64,000 bases of DNA, taken from assembly GCA_046563655.1 (NCBI GenBank), contig CM102289.1:2170001-2234000 (forward strand), read 5' to 3'. The DNA comes from Yuukianura sp. NJ FZ-2021 (lineage: Eukaryota). Position numbers and translations under genes: made by a program. Shown here one piece after another: positions 36,069 through 49,200 of this stretch. The notes beneath the pieces are model-generated. The model was given only the letters and a program-made list of their open reading frames with translations. It made no database searches and had not been told where the DNA came from. Every line of letters begins with the position of its first letter. The first letter of the stretch is position 1.

Positions 36069-38511
36069 TTACCGTGAAATAACAATGACTTTTGTGTTTG
36101 AGTATAAACATCGATGTATCCAAAACGAAATTTTACCAAATACGAATAACTCCTTGCATGCCACAAAAATTGACATCCCAATTCCAATAACAAACAGAAC
36201 AAAAATTGTTGAAAATTTTTGTGTTAGCCCTAAGGGAGAAACCTTACACACTTCATGCTGAAATTCGATTTGCTCTGCACGAAATGTCATTTTTCCGTGG
36301 TACGTCCTAAGCTGTTCCCAGTAGTGCAGAAATCCACCGGTAGAGAGAGCATCTACATTAGGTTTGATGTAGATGTTGTCATAGTCTTCTTCCAGAAGAG
36401 ATATCAAGTAATGTCTACTTCCAAAATTAAATGCCTCCATTTCTTTTCTTTTTCTATTACCGATGTATGCGGCTTTCCTGCTTTCATTTTTCAAAGTATT
36501 CTTGAAATTTGGTAAATGCGTGTCTTCCGTTGGTAGAGCGTAAACTGTTTTGTCACATTGCGCAAGCTCAGCTGAAATAAAGTCATTGGGATGTGGTCTG
36601 TCGAAGTTTTTCATAAATGATTCCAAGTCCTCCACTGATTTTATGTCTTCATCCAACGGTTGTGAGCAGTTGTAAGGAACATTTGGTAATCGGATTTGTC
36701 GTTCGAGTCGAATCAACCTTGCCATTTCAGGTGTAATTTTGTCTCCCGCTACATTATTTTCGTAGATTGAGTCATTGAATCTCACTAATAGTTCAATAGA
36801 AGGTGGAGTTAAACTTAGCAATGACAAAATACTACTTGAATTCCAGTTGCATTTGTTGGCGTATATAGCAGGAACTGGTACTATGTATTTAGTGAGAATT
36901 GAGAAATTTGCATCCAGCACTTCATCAAATGTTTCAAGTCCTTTCCAGGAAGGGGGCAATGACATTCTGGCTGTCAGCGTACTTCGGTAGCCATTGGACA
37001 AAATTAAACTCAGAAGCAGCAGTGGCGTGGCTACAAAATAGTAGTGACCACTTTTAGCCAATTTGTGAGAGACGTTTGGAGAAATTTCAAGTAGAGAACC
37101 AAAAATCAAGAGCCATGTGGTATCACTAGTGTTTAACTTCCAAATGAGAATCCAAGTGAGAGCAAAAGCAGTGCAAACTGTTACAGCTATAACTCCCCAC
37201 AGAGTTTTATCAAATCCTTTGATGTACATTTCATACGAGTCCTCAGATTTATATCTTCCGTCACAGGTTATGAAGTTGTATTCATATCCAAATGTACTTG
37301 GAATGACACTGACTGATTGAGGCATTGTAGTTTTAATAAGTTCTACAGAACTGTTACCTAAAGTTGTGAATTTGTGTAATTTTAACACCTGAGATGGAAA
37401 TTCGTGTACAGTTATATCTCGATGAAATATGGTATTTGATTCTGTGAGAATTTCATTTGCTTCTGCTGTAAGCAGAATGAATTGATTTAAACAAGATTTG
37501 TTTCCTTGTACTACTGCATTCATCAAAGATACATACATTGAAAATGTGTATACATACGACACTTTATATTTTCCGGTAGACAAAAAATTTACAAGCAAAT
37601 ATGCAAAATGGTATTTTTCAAATTGAAGTTCCCCGGGGTCCAAAAATATAAACGGGGGTGGCGCTGACGATATGCAATGCCGTCCAATACCCGCACCATT
37701 AATGGACACGAGTCTGAAAATTTTTGTGTTGTTGATGAAGTAGTTCTGGAGCGTTTCCAGCCAGATATTCTGAATATTCTGAACACTCGTAGTAGCCAAA
37801 TTTCTGAAAATGCTAAAGTGTTTCCTGTACATTAGTTTCATAATTTCGAGTTCAACGGTACCGTTTCGGTTCAATCCGACCTGTATTACGGTACATCGGC
37901 ATTGGAACTTTATGTCAGGAAAAATGATTCTACGAGACACGTTTTGTTCAGTGATTCCAACCATAAAGCTGTTTTGGGTTTTGAACAATCGATTGTACCA
38001 TAGTTGGTCAATGGTTCTTTGTTGCGTAGCTTGTGATCGGTTTCCATTGTTTAAATTTGTGTATCCGTTTAATATTTTCTTTAAATTGGAAACCAATTTC
38101 TTTCGTATGACTTTCCAAGTTATCAAATCCACAGAAGATGAAAGCGAGGCATTTGAATTTTAGTTGCAATGTTTGATTTACCTCCAAATTTGAAAATCCG
38201 CGCCTTCCTGGAGTTGATCCTAAAGTCAAAACTAGTGGAACATCCAGTGAAGCATTGACCTGACACAGGCCAAGACGGTCATTTCTTGCAGGATTTATCA
38301 TGACGACTTCCGTCCAACAGTCACCGAAGAATGTCAAAATTTGTATTTGAATTTGGTGTGAACTTATGGTAAATGCAGAAGTGGTAGAAATAAGAAAAGC
38401 TACCGTGATTCCAACAATAACGTTGCTTTGGTATGAAACGCCCAAATCTCCTCTTACTATATTCGAAATTTCAAACTGATTTACACACATACTGGACTTG
38501 TAGCGGTCCAT
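36069..38511 (-). pseudogene. Ionotropic-receptor-like gene with one +1 frameshift near 38064
   Basis: The 167-aa N-terminal ORF and the 687-aa ORF overlap and join at ...ENIKR / YTNLNNG... Confidence 0.72.
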
Positions 38512-38860
38512 ATCAATTCATACTTATGGGAGAATGAGCGTTGTTGACCAAAACAGATTCAAATGCTATTAATTTTATAAATTTTGCTTAGTGAAAACAA
38601 ATGACTTTTGTGTTGCTGCCAAAGAAGTAAATCTTACACTGAACAATTTTACATAAAGCCAGCATCTTTTGGCGGAATACCAATATTGACACGACAATTC
38701 CCACAAGAAACAGAAGAAAATTGGTTTAGCATTTTTTAGTAAGCCCCAAGGCGATTACTTTTCCATTCCGCGCTGAAACTCAATTTCTTAATTTTGAAAT
38801 GTAATTTTTCATACTTATTGGAGTATGAACGGTTGATGACCAAAGCAGATTAAAGTGCGA

Positions 38861-41434
38861 TTAAGTTTTTAAATTTGGGTTGGTGAGGCGAATGACTTTT
38901 GTGTTGCTGCTACAGGAGTAAGTCCCATACTGAAAGATTTTTCTAAATGCCAGCCTCTTCTTGCAAAATACCAACCTTGGCATGGCAATTCCCACCAACA
39001 TTTCCCAATTTCGCTTAATTACTCCAGTGCTGCTGTTGCAGAAGTAAGTTTTATACTGAAGGATTCTCCCAACTGTCAATCCCTTGCCGGAAAGCAGCTC
39101 CTTGACTAATACAAATACGGACACGGCAATTCCAATAAGCAACAAAAGAAAAATGGTTTGACATTTTTGAGTAAGCCCCAAGGGGATTACTTTAGCCATT
39201 TCTCGCTGAAACTCAATTTCATCATTTTCAAATGTTAGTTTTCCATGGTAAATTCTTAGTGTTTCCCAGTAGTGCAGAAATCCACCGGTAGAGAGCGCAT
39301 CTACATTGGGCTTGATGTAGACATTATCATAGTCTTCTTCCAGTAGAGATATCAAATACTGTTTACTTCCTAAGTTAAATGCTTCCATTTCCTTTTTCTT
39401 TGTGTTTCCATAGTAAACAGCTTTACCAGATCCGTTCTTCATTGAATTTTTGAAAATAAACATGTCTTCCGTTGTTATAGCGTAAACTGTTTTGTCACAT
39501 TCCGCAATGTCGGCAGGGATAAAGTCGTTTGGATGCGTTCTACTCAACGCTGTCATGTATTGTGCCCATCCCTTAAATGAATCTTTTATTACTTCTGAAG
39601 TAGAGTAGTTCAAAGTCTTCGGATCGGAACAATCGTAATTGCCTTTTGGCAGTCTCATTTGACCTTTGACCTCAATATACATCCTGCCAAGTTCTTCGAT
39701 GTTGCCAATTGGTAGATGACTTCTGTCAAAAATTGACTCATTCATGGCCTTCGTAAGTTCAAAAGCCAGCTTAAACGTCAGATCTTGCTGCTGAATTATA
39801 TTCCAGTTGCAAATTAGGTTGTACGCGACAAAGGATGGCGCTTTGAATTTGGAAAGAATTGAAAAATTTGCACTGATCACATCGTCAAAGGTTTCAAGTC
39901 CTTTCCACGGAGGAGTCAATGACAGTTCGGCGGTAAGGAATCCTTTATAGGTATTCGACAACAGTAGACTCAGAAAAATTAGTGGAGTACCAATACAATA
40001 GTAGTGACCAGAATTGATCATTTTTTCTGAAATTTTTGGTGAAATTTCAAGCAACGTTGAAAAAATTATGAGCCATGGAGTATCATTGGCCTTTAGGCTC
40101 CATATGACCATCCAAGTGAAGACATAAACTGAAGTAATCGTAAGGGCAATAACTCCCCACACAGTGGCATCGAAACTTTTAATGTACATTTTATACCACT
40201 CTTCAGACTTGAATCTTCCGTCACAAGTGATAAAGTTATAGTCGTTTCTATAAGTACTTGGTAGTATTGTAATTGACTGAGGAAACATCGGTTTTATTGG
40301 GTAAAGTGAAACCGAGTTGCTTGGATTTGAGTTCATTAGGAATCGTGGATATTCATGCACAGTGTAATCCCGATGTAGTACAGTTACTGTCTCAGCCAAA
40401 ATTTTATCAGCTTTTGGTGTAAGTAACGCAAACGGCTCGATGCAAGAGAAATTTCCTTGTACGATTGTATCAGCTTTGAAATCGGATGCAATTGTGTATG
40501 CATAAGCAGTGTTGTATTTCGATGTAGACAGGAATTTTATGAGTAAGTATGCAAAGTGATAGTTTGCAAATTGAAGTTCGGCGGGATTCAGTAAGACAAA
40601 TGGTGATGGTCCTGATGTTACACAATGGCGTGCAATTCCAGGTTCATTGTATGATACCAGCGCGAATATTTTTGTGTTGTTGATGAAGTAGTTTCTAATT
40701 TTTTCTAGCCAAATATTATGAATCGACTGTATGTCGATGTGTGCTATTTCTTTAAAAACGGTAAACTGTTTTCCGTACATGAGTTTCATAATTTCGAGTT
40801 CCACGGTACCATGTTGATTCAAACCGACTTGAATCACGGTACATCGACATTCGATTTTCAACTGGTGAAACACTACAGAATGAGAAATATTTTGTTCAGC
40901 AATTCCGACCACAAAACTATTTTGCGTCTTGAACAAGCGATTGTACCACATCAAACCAATGTCTCTTTGCTTCAACACACGGGACCTATCTTCGAAGTCC
41001 AAACTATTCAAATGTTCATACCGTTTAAAATATTGAATGAATTTCAGGCCCATTTCCATGGTCTGACTTTCCCGGTTGTCTATTCCACAGAAAATGAAAG
41101 CGAGGCATTTAAATTTGAGTTTCAGGGTTTGATTTACATCCAACTTTGAAAATCCAGGTCCAGCTTGTTTTGAATTTGAAGTTAACACTAGTGGAAAATC
41201 TAGAGAAGCATTGACTTGACAAATTCCATTGCGGTCACTTCTTGCAGCATTTAGGACGACGAACTCTGTCCAACAGTCACTGAAAAATTTCAAAATTTGG
41301 ATTTGAGCTTGGTGAGAGGTTGCTGCAAATGTAAATTTCAAAGAACTAATGAGTACAAACATAATTGCACCAGAAATAAATCTATATTGATTCACAAATT
41401 GGATTTGATTTTTCGACTCCATATTGCTTAACAT
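38861..41434 (-). CDS. Divergent ionotropic-receptor-like protein, intronless
   Basis: 857-aa ORF with the same motifs; its C-tail has an internally duplicated ~40-aa segment (…QYKTYFCNSST / …QYGTYSCSSNT). Confidence 0.75.
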   Translation of the reverse strand: MLSNMESKNQIQFVNQYRFISGAIMFVLISSLKFTFAATSHQAQIQILKFFSDCWTEFVVLNAARSDRNGICQVNASLDFPLVLTSNSKQAGPGFSKLDVNQTLKLKFKCLAFIFCGIDNRESQTMEMGLKFIQYFKRYEHLNSLDFEDRSRVLKQRDIGLMWYNRLFKTQNSFVVGIAEQNISHSVVFHQLKIECRCTVIQVGLNQHGTVELEIMKLMYGKQFTVFKEIAHIDIQSIHNIWLEKIRNYFINNTKIFALVSYNEPGIARHCVTSGPSPFVLLNPAELQFANYHFAYLLIKFLSTSKYNTAYAYTIASDFKADTIVQGNFSCIEPFALLTPKADKILAETVTVLHRDYTVHEYPRFLMNSNPSNSVSLYPIKPMFPQSITILPSTYRNDYNFITCDGRFKSEEWYKMYIKSFDATVWGVIALTITSVYVFTWMVIWSLKANDTPWLIIFSTLLEISPKISEKMINSGHYYCIGTPLIFLSLLLSNTYKGFLTAELSLTPPWKGLETFDDVISANFSILSKFKAPSFVAYNLICNWNIIQQQDLTFKLAFELTKAMNESIFDRSHLPIGNIEELGRMYIEVKGQMRLPKGNYDCSDPKTLNYSTSEVIKDSFKGWAQYMTALSRTHPNDFIPADIAECDKTVYAITTEDMFIFKNSMKNGSGKAVYYGNTKKKEMEAFNLGSKQYLISLLEEDYDNVYIKPNVDALSTGGFLHYWETLRIYHGKLTFENDEIEFQREMAKVIPLGLTQKCQTIFLLLLIGIAVSVFVLVKELLSGKGLTVGRILQYKTYFCNSSTGVIKRNWEMLVGIAMPRLVFCKKRLAFRKIFQYGTYSCSSNTKVIRLTNPNLKT

Positions 41435-42305
41435 GGTTTTCTGTTTTGGTCAGATTGAGTGAAGCTATTTATGAAAAGGAATGTTAGAACTGAGGCAAAA
41501 CTATACATTTCATTATCTAAAATTTTCTTGCATGACTTGTAGTAGCAAAATATTGCATGAATCATTCACTACGCTTACAACACCTACAAAGCATTTCTTT
41601 TCTATAAAACACTAAATGAAAAAACTTGCAGACAGTTTTACACAATTAGTTCTTAAATGCAAATGTCATAAATTCTAATTTACACAAACTTGGCGTGATA
41701 TCGTGCAAAGCAATGCTGAAGGAGACTATAAATTTTTTTAGAGACTCCGGTTTCGTAGTCCGTGTATGTTTTGGTTTTGGTTGCCAATAACAACTTGATA
41801 TATAAAAAGATATTTTTTATTTTGCATTTTCCTTAGCAGGGCTTTAAGGTATTATACTTTAACAATAATTAATTGAATTTAAAATTATAACTTTCAGTGC
41901 TAATTTTTGTATAGTACGCGCTGGTTTGTCTTTTTTTTTTTTGACATATTTCTTGTCCATTTTCTTCTGCTTCTGTTTGATTTCCAAATGTGGTTAAAAA
42001 TTGTTAAAATCGTAGTTGCTTCTGGGCCATTTAAGAACGTTATATACGAAAAAAATATAAACGTTAAGGCGTAGACTGAATCTGTATTCCTGAATACAGT
42101 ACACTTGTTTGCTCTAAGCAACTATAACGAGTATAGGATTACATACAAAATTAGATAAGAACGAAAGTAGCGTACCGGTTTCTATAACACAGTTCAGTGC
42201 TCCATAGGGCAGTGCCAATGTAGTAGAACCTTAAAAAGTTTGCAACTTTATCCCAAATCTTCACTTCAACTCAAATCTATGGTTCATGTAGAGTTGTAGC
42301 GTCTT

Positions 42306-43861
42306 TTAGTACATTTCCGTCGGAAGTTCTAAAAGCAGCGGTGGGTCTACGCATGTCTTTTTGTTTTTATGCAAAAATTTATCTTCTGGACAAGAGCATA
42401 CAAACTCCATGAGAGATTTGTCAAAATCACATTTGTCGGAACACCCTCCATTATTCCGAATGCATGTATTTGGCAAACCTGTAAACAACAAAGACTTTAA
42501 TTGATTGAACCTTGCTTTTTAAAGCTTACAACTAAGATGCCGAACCTATGTTAAGCTTACGATCGACTCCCACAGGACCAAAAAGTGTGAAATTACCAAT
42601 TTCTGTCCAATTGGATACAACGGTCTTAATACTTTCATAATTCGAATTCCCACTATTTATCCAACTAATTCGTAATGTAATTTTGTTTCCTTTTCTAAAA
42701 AAAAAAATAAAGTATTCCGTTTTAAATCTGCAGATTTACCATTAAATTTTGACATTTGTAACAGAGAATCGTATTGAACAAATATACCTGATCTTATAGA
42801 AGCTTGCAAATGCGACATCTACGTCTTCCAGTGCCTCGAGTTGTCGCTTCACGTCAGTTACTAAATTTGTAGTCATATTTTTGGTTTCGTTTTTGGATTT
42901 TGTGATCCTTTCCAAACCATTTTTGCTGTTAGGGTTACGGAGGTTAAAAACTATTTCTGCTGCGTCTGAAACTACAGTAACAAAAAAATTTAGAAACAAA
43001 GTCATTACAATTTCTTAAGAAACTTAAAAATTGGTAGACATTTTCAAATAAAACTTTTGTTTATTACCATAATCGTTCAATAATTTTTTGGACTTCTCCG
43101 TAGCATTCGGTGGAACTAGAAACGGAGTCACAGACACTTCAATGTTAGTCGCTTTAGTTGTATTGGATAAGTGTTGCTCATTTGGAATTTCAAGTCGTTT
43201 TTGCTGTAAGTTAGGAATGGGTGGTATATCAGTTTCAGAAAATGATTCCGCTTCCGTGGTATTCTCCACGTCTAGATTAGGTGCGATGATGTAATCTGCA
43301 TGCCTTTCTCCAGTTACGTCCATCATTTTCTGACTCTCAGCATTTCCATTCTCGCCATTTTCTGAAACTTCAATTTCAATTGACGATTTTCAATTTTGAC
43401 ATTTTTCATACCAAACTTTACATTAGGGCTATGTAAAGTTTGGGAAATTCATACAACTTATAACTACTACGAACCTGTCAGTAAGACGGCACCGATAATA
43501 ATTGCTAAAATTAATAATCCGCCTAACACAAAGTAAAGATGTTTCTTCAAATTTCGAGACCTTCGTCGCTTGTTCATCGTCACAAACATATTCCTTCTGT
43601 GAATGCACAGAAAAAGATATAACAAACATTTAAAAATTTTAAACTTTAAATTTTTGTAACCCTAAAATAAAGTAGTTACCCAAAACATCGAGTCTTTTGA
43701 CTGTCAAGTGTGAAGCAATGTGGAGCTGTTTCGTGCGGTCCGCAGTCTTTTTGTGATTCATCAGAAATCGTATGAATTACGTGCGTATCTTGAACAAAAT
43801 CTGGACTTGACTCGGCAACTTCCGGTGATGGCTGGGCTTGTTTTCTGCACACCGCTTCCAT
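42306..43861 (-). CDS. Extracellular protein with Cys-rich region, mucin-like linker, SEA-like region and EGF-like domain (possibly decayed)
   Basis: Exon CIRNNGGCSDKCDFDKSLMEFVCSCPEDKFLHKNKKTC is a clear EGF-like domain, and upstream open exons have GT-AG ends. The 5' and 3' limits are uncertain. Confidence 0.55.
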
Positions 43862-44304
43862 TTGGAAAGTGAGTTTAAAATAATAAAACTTATTAGTTTA
43901 CAGTATATCAATTTTTTTTTCATAAAAGTTTCTGAGTCAAGGTTATCTACTATCCGAAACTTTCCCTCTCTCTCCTGAACTTTTCTCCAATTTTTAAAAA
44001 ACACTAAAAATCAAAACTCGTCCTTTTATTCTACTTATTCTAAAAGTGTCAGCGGTCGACTTGGCACTAAAAAACCACAGGCGGTCATTTTGGAACTATT
44101 TTTTTCTGCAGTGAATTTTCGTGTACTTATCAAGTGCTCTAGAAGCACAAGCAATAGCGGAGCTCAATTTTTAATAATTGAGGATTGTAATTTCGATAAC
44201 TCCAGAAAAAAATGAGCACAATAGAACAACACTGAACTTCCGGAAACAACGCAACCAAAACTACTAGGATGAGGAGGACTGTGGTATAATTGTGTCTATC
44301 GGGT

Positions 44305-45185
44305 TGTAAGGCCGGCTAAACACTACCACTAAACAGTATCCCAAATGACTTTTTAGGGTTTTAGGACTTTAGGATTTTAGGGATTTAGGCTTTTAGGACT
44401 TTAGGGTTTTTTGTTTGACCCCAGAACCTTGACCTCTGACCTAAAACAAGAATGAATGAGAGCAACTTCCGAGACGTCCTTCCGCTAAGAGAGTGTATTT
44501 TTGACTGATGATAAACTGTACAGAAGAGAGTGACCTGACTGACTGACTGCTTACTGTTAACTGCTTCTTAAACTTAACTGCACACGGTTTTTATAGAGAA
44601 AGGGGGAGGAGTCGGAAGAAGCAAGATCTCACCACCCAACTTGATGTTGGGGGGTGACATCTTACTCTTTCCTATCCCTCAGCTGCTAAATGAAAAGACT
44701 TACCCTAGTGTGTATAACTAAGGGGAGGGCTGACAAGGGGGAAGACCGTATCTTAAGTATCCTATAGGGAGCAATGGTATACAGGGGGAATCCAACTTAT
44801 CCTATACTGCTTATAGCTAGGAGAGAACTTATACCTAGAAGAATCAACTTAGTCTATACTCTGTTAACTAACTACGGGCACGTCCATAAGGGGAGGGTAG
44901 ACGATCACTGACTGAATTTAGGATTCCGTCTTAGGTATTTCGGAATTAGGAGTTTAGGAATTTAGTATTTTAGGGTTTTCGGATTTTAGTGTTTTAGGGT
45001 TTTCCGTTTTAGGATTTTAGGATTTTCTGTTTTTAGGATTTTAGGATTTTCTGTTTTAGGATTTTAGGATTTTCTGTTTTAGGATTTTAGGGTTTTAGGA
45101 TTTTAGGGTTTTAGGATTTTCGGAATTTCGGAATTTAGGGTTTTCGGAATTTCTGAAAATCAAAAAAGAGGACATCGTCGCTACA
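44305..45185 (-). mobile_element. Probable solo LTR with TTTTAGG-rich arrays
   Basis: TGTA...TACA termini, TATAAAA on the minus strand near 44590, and degenerate TTTTAGG(G/A) arrays near both ends. No clean TSD. Confidence 0.55.
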
Positions 45186-46092
45186 AGGATCATGCAATCC
45201 CAATTTTTCTAGCGTTAGACAGATTGTGAGCTTTGACGTTCATTGTCTCAAGAGATTCCAATAAAAAAAAGTTCAGGACTATCTCACCGCAACTTCCGAG
45301 GAACTTTGCAAGTTCGCTTTTTGTGTAGTATTTATTTTCGCGAAGCTTTCCTGTCGCAAAAGTCTGCTCTTTTTAACTAGTTTGAATTTTTACAAGAAAA
45401 TTTTCCGATACGGTTTACCATCTTTACTACATTTTTTTGCAAGGAGCTATTGTAAAATGCAGAGTTGTCCATGTAACCTCAAAAAAAAAAATACAAGACA
45501 ATCCAACAATCCTTGTTACCTAACCTAATTAACATGACATGAATTACGGAGATCCAAATTCCCAACTTATCATAAAACTTTAAAACAGAATCAAAATGTT
45601 AAAATAATGTGAAATTTACGTTAAGTTCAATTTTAGGCTTAAAGCTACTTGAATTTGTCAGTGTGAAAACTTAATTTACTACAACTGAACAGTATTCAAC
45701 GACGTGAACCAAAACTTTACATGAACAGCGAGTCAGTGTTGCGTTGGCGTTTTTTCAACTGCCCATTTTCTAAGTCATTTTCGCTGAAACTATGAATACC
45801 AAAAGAATCCGGCTACCCATAATTCCCAGTTTTAACTAAATTATTTAGTGTTTCCTTGTTTTTCGTTGACGTTGGGCCTTGTGTGAACTGTTTCCTGGAG
45901 ACTGTCAGCGTCGGACGTCTGGTTACGTTAGGTATTAGGAGTTATTGGAATTGGACGCAGGAAGTGAGAGAATGAAAGTAATAAATCCCGAAACTATTCA
46001 GCTGTCTCCGAAACATGGATAAATTGGTTGTCACTATTGAATTTATGTATTACACGCATATGACAGACAACATTTGCATTGTTATTTCCCAG

Positions 46093-46100
46093 TATAAATA
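46093..46100 (+). promoter_or_regulatory. TATA box of GH81 copy 1
   Basis: TATAAATA, conserved with its flanks upstream of copy 2 (51837-51844). Confidence 0.6.
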
Positions 46101-46249
46101 CTTTGGAAATGGATCCATGTTGTATCAAAGTCTTCATGTCAACTTTCACCTCAACGTCAATCTAAACCTTCATTTTAATAATTTGTGTTAAAAACTTTTA
46201 CCTAAACTTGAAATTTATATTTAATTAAACCGCCAACTTAAAGGTTACC

Positions 46250-49200
46250 ATGTCACCTTTGTTGGTGCTTTTCTGCCTTCCAGCCTTATTGCTCCAATCG
46301 ACCAGTGGGCATCGTAAGACTTAGCATTTTGAATAAATATATTTATTTTTATTTAACTAAATGTAACTAAATTTATTTTAATTATTGTGAAATATTATAT
46401 TATAAAATTATTTAACTAATTGCTAAATGAAACTGTTAATGTTATATTTTCCGTTAAGGTGGACCGAGTCAAATACCCATATCGGTAACACCACCAAACT
46501 TTCCTGGAGGTTTTGCAGCTGTAAATGCCACTCCTGGGCCATTTCTGAGGGACTTCCGACCTCCACTGCCAACTGATTCTTGTAAAAAATATTTTTTAAA
46601 ATATCGAGAACATAATGACTTTAACGTAAAAATTAAAAATTGACCTGGAAATTTTATATTCAGGGTGGGCTGGCTTTACTGTTGCGGACTATCAAAGAAA
46701 GTAAGATTAAAATTTAATTTGTGTTTGTAAAATATTGAAATTATTGTTACATTTTGTATTTTTAATAGCGTTGCTGCTGGACCATTTCCATTTCAATCGA
46801 AAACTGCAGACGATGGATTTGAATTCGGAATTGCAACGGCTAGAGTTTCAGACGGAAGTAAACTTACAGTCCCAACAAAACTGGACTTGTCCATTAGGAT
46901 TGCAAATCTCCCAGTAGCTATTGACAACCGAAAAGCTTTAACCTGGGACACACAGACTCTGAGTCTGCGCTACATGGCAACAGATGGATCTACAATGGAC
47001 ACGACACTTGTCCCGGGCTCTCCCTACATGACTTTCACGTTCAACACAGCCAAGCCTATCATTAGGAGCATCAGCGGAAACATTACATTCCAGTGGATCA
47101 CTCTAGGTAAAAAAATTATTTAACGAACTCAAACTTTTAATATAAAGTATCTCAGCTAAATTTTCATGTCGAGTTAACATACCTAATGTTTTTACTTCGT
47201 TTATACAGGGCAAAAGGGACGTTTGACTTGCGGAGGTGGAACGTATATTCTGTACGCGCCCAGTGGACTACTGAACCAGTTCAATATATATGCAGACACA
47301 TTAAACTTCACTACGACGATCACCGGTTCAATTCGGTTGGCCAAAGTAGTCGATCCGGCTCAGGAAACAATTCTTGATACTTACTCTTCAACATATGCAA
47401 CTGGACTCACAATGGCCTATGACGCACAAGGTGACATTGGAACAACCACTTGGACGTGGGATGTTGTTGGCGATCCAACAAAACTTCTCATCATGTGCTG
47501 GCCCCATCATAGGTAATACACAATACAAACATTGCCAAACACTATAGTGGAATTCAACTATCTCCATGTCGATTTCGACTTGAATTTCAATTTGTAACGA
47601 CACGTAGATAGTTGAATTTCAATGTGCAAATTTTTAACCAATTTTTACCATTTTAGAAAAGTTCTCGTTTCTCCAACATATGTTAATATCGAATACATGA
47701 ACGTTAAGGGCCGTATGAAGGGTGTCGTAGGAAATGAGTGGATCCAGAGATACAATTTACCGCCAATCAGATGGAATGCGACACTTCCACCGCACCAGTC
47801 CTGTGTCTCTCAGCTACTGAAAACACTTCAATACGAAGTTAGCAATCTTAAGGCACATATTCCTAACGAATTTTACCGTTGGGGAGGTCGAACTGCTGCT
47901 GGAGCAACGTTGGCTATTATTGCAGACACGTTGGGCCGAACAGACCTGAGAGATAGGGTATTAAACATCACGAAACAAGCCATTGAGTTTTGGTTTACAC
48001 CGGGCAACAAACCGGCGGCTTGCTATGAAACAAAATGGGGAGGAGTAGGGGATGCAAACGACGTCAGTCAGGTAAGGAACGAAAAAAATTCATTTTAAAA
48101 TATAATTTAATCACAAATTTTATTATATACTACCTTAATAATTGCTTTACATTACACTTTATCTAACATTCTCGTACATATTTTTTAGCTACATTACAAC
48201 GACCATCATTACCTCTTTGGCTACTTCTTATATATGTCCGCTATTGTTGGAAAATATGACTCTGTTTGGCTTGCTCAACATCTTGATCTTCTAAACCAGT
48301 AAGTAACGCCAACATTAAGTCTACGATTTTAGACAACATTTCAACTTAGTTTGGTTGTGTATTGGTTTTACTATAAAAAATTTGTTTTAACATTTTTTTT
48401 TAAATTTTTTTGAAACAGCATGGCACGAGACATTGGCAATCCATGTCCAGAGGACCCGCATTACACTGTTTTCCGACACATTGACTTTTTTACTGGACAT
48501 TCTTGGGCCAGTGGACTTCAGGGTGGAGCTGGAAACCGAAATCAAGAAAGCAGTTCAGAAGCCGTCAATGCTTACTACGGACTCCTGCTGTTTGCTGATG
48601 TTACTGGAAATACTGAACTGGTCAAATGGGCTCGTCTTCTTTTAGCATTTGAAATTATGGGAACCCAAACCTACTGGCATTTGTACCCGAATGCTACAAA
48701 TCCAGATGAACCATATCCAGAAAGAAATTTCCGAGACTTGATCACTGTTGCAAACATTTACCCAGATGGAGCCAGTCGATTTTTGCACTGGGGAACACAC
48801 AAGAAAATTCAAGTGGCGGCAATTCAAATTACACCGTTGACTCCTATGGGTGAACTGACTTATGACAAAGATTGGGCCGAACAAGTTTTGCCATTTTGCG
48901 CTAGTGAACTTAATGACCCTTCTGAATCGGATGAGTGGAAAACATGTAAGTAAATTTTGATCAAAATTTGTCAACTCAAAGAATTTTTATACAATTCATT
49001 TTTGTTTTACCGAGTTTTTTAAATTTGTTTAGACGTTTACGGCGCTTATGCTAACTTCAACCCGCAACTGGCTTACAACTACTCGTCTGAATTGTCTAGC
49101 TGGGGTTCCGGCAACACCGCTTCGAATCAACTCTACTTTGTAGCTACCAAGCCTTCACCTAATGGCGGCAACATTTGTACCAACATTCTACATACACCAG

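Noticed and set aside
26762..41149. Plus-strand ORFs overlapping the receptor genes
   Set aside because: They are antisense shadows of long coding sequences.
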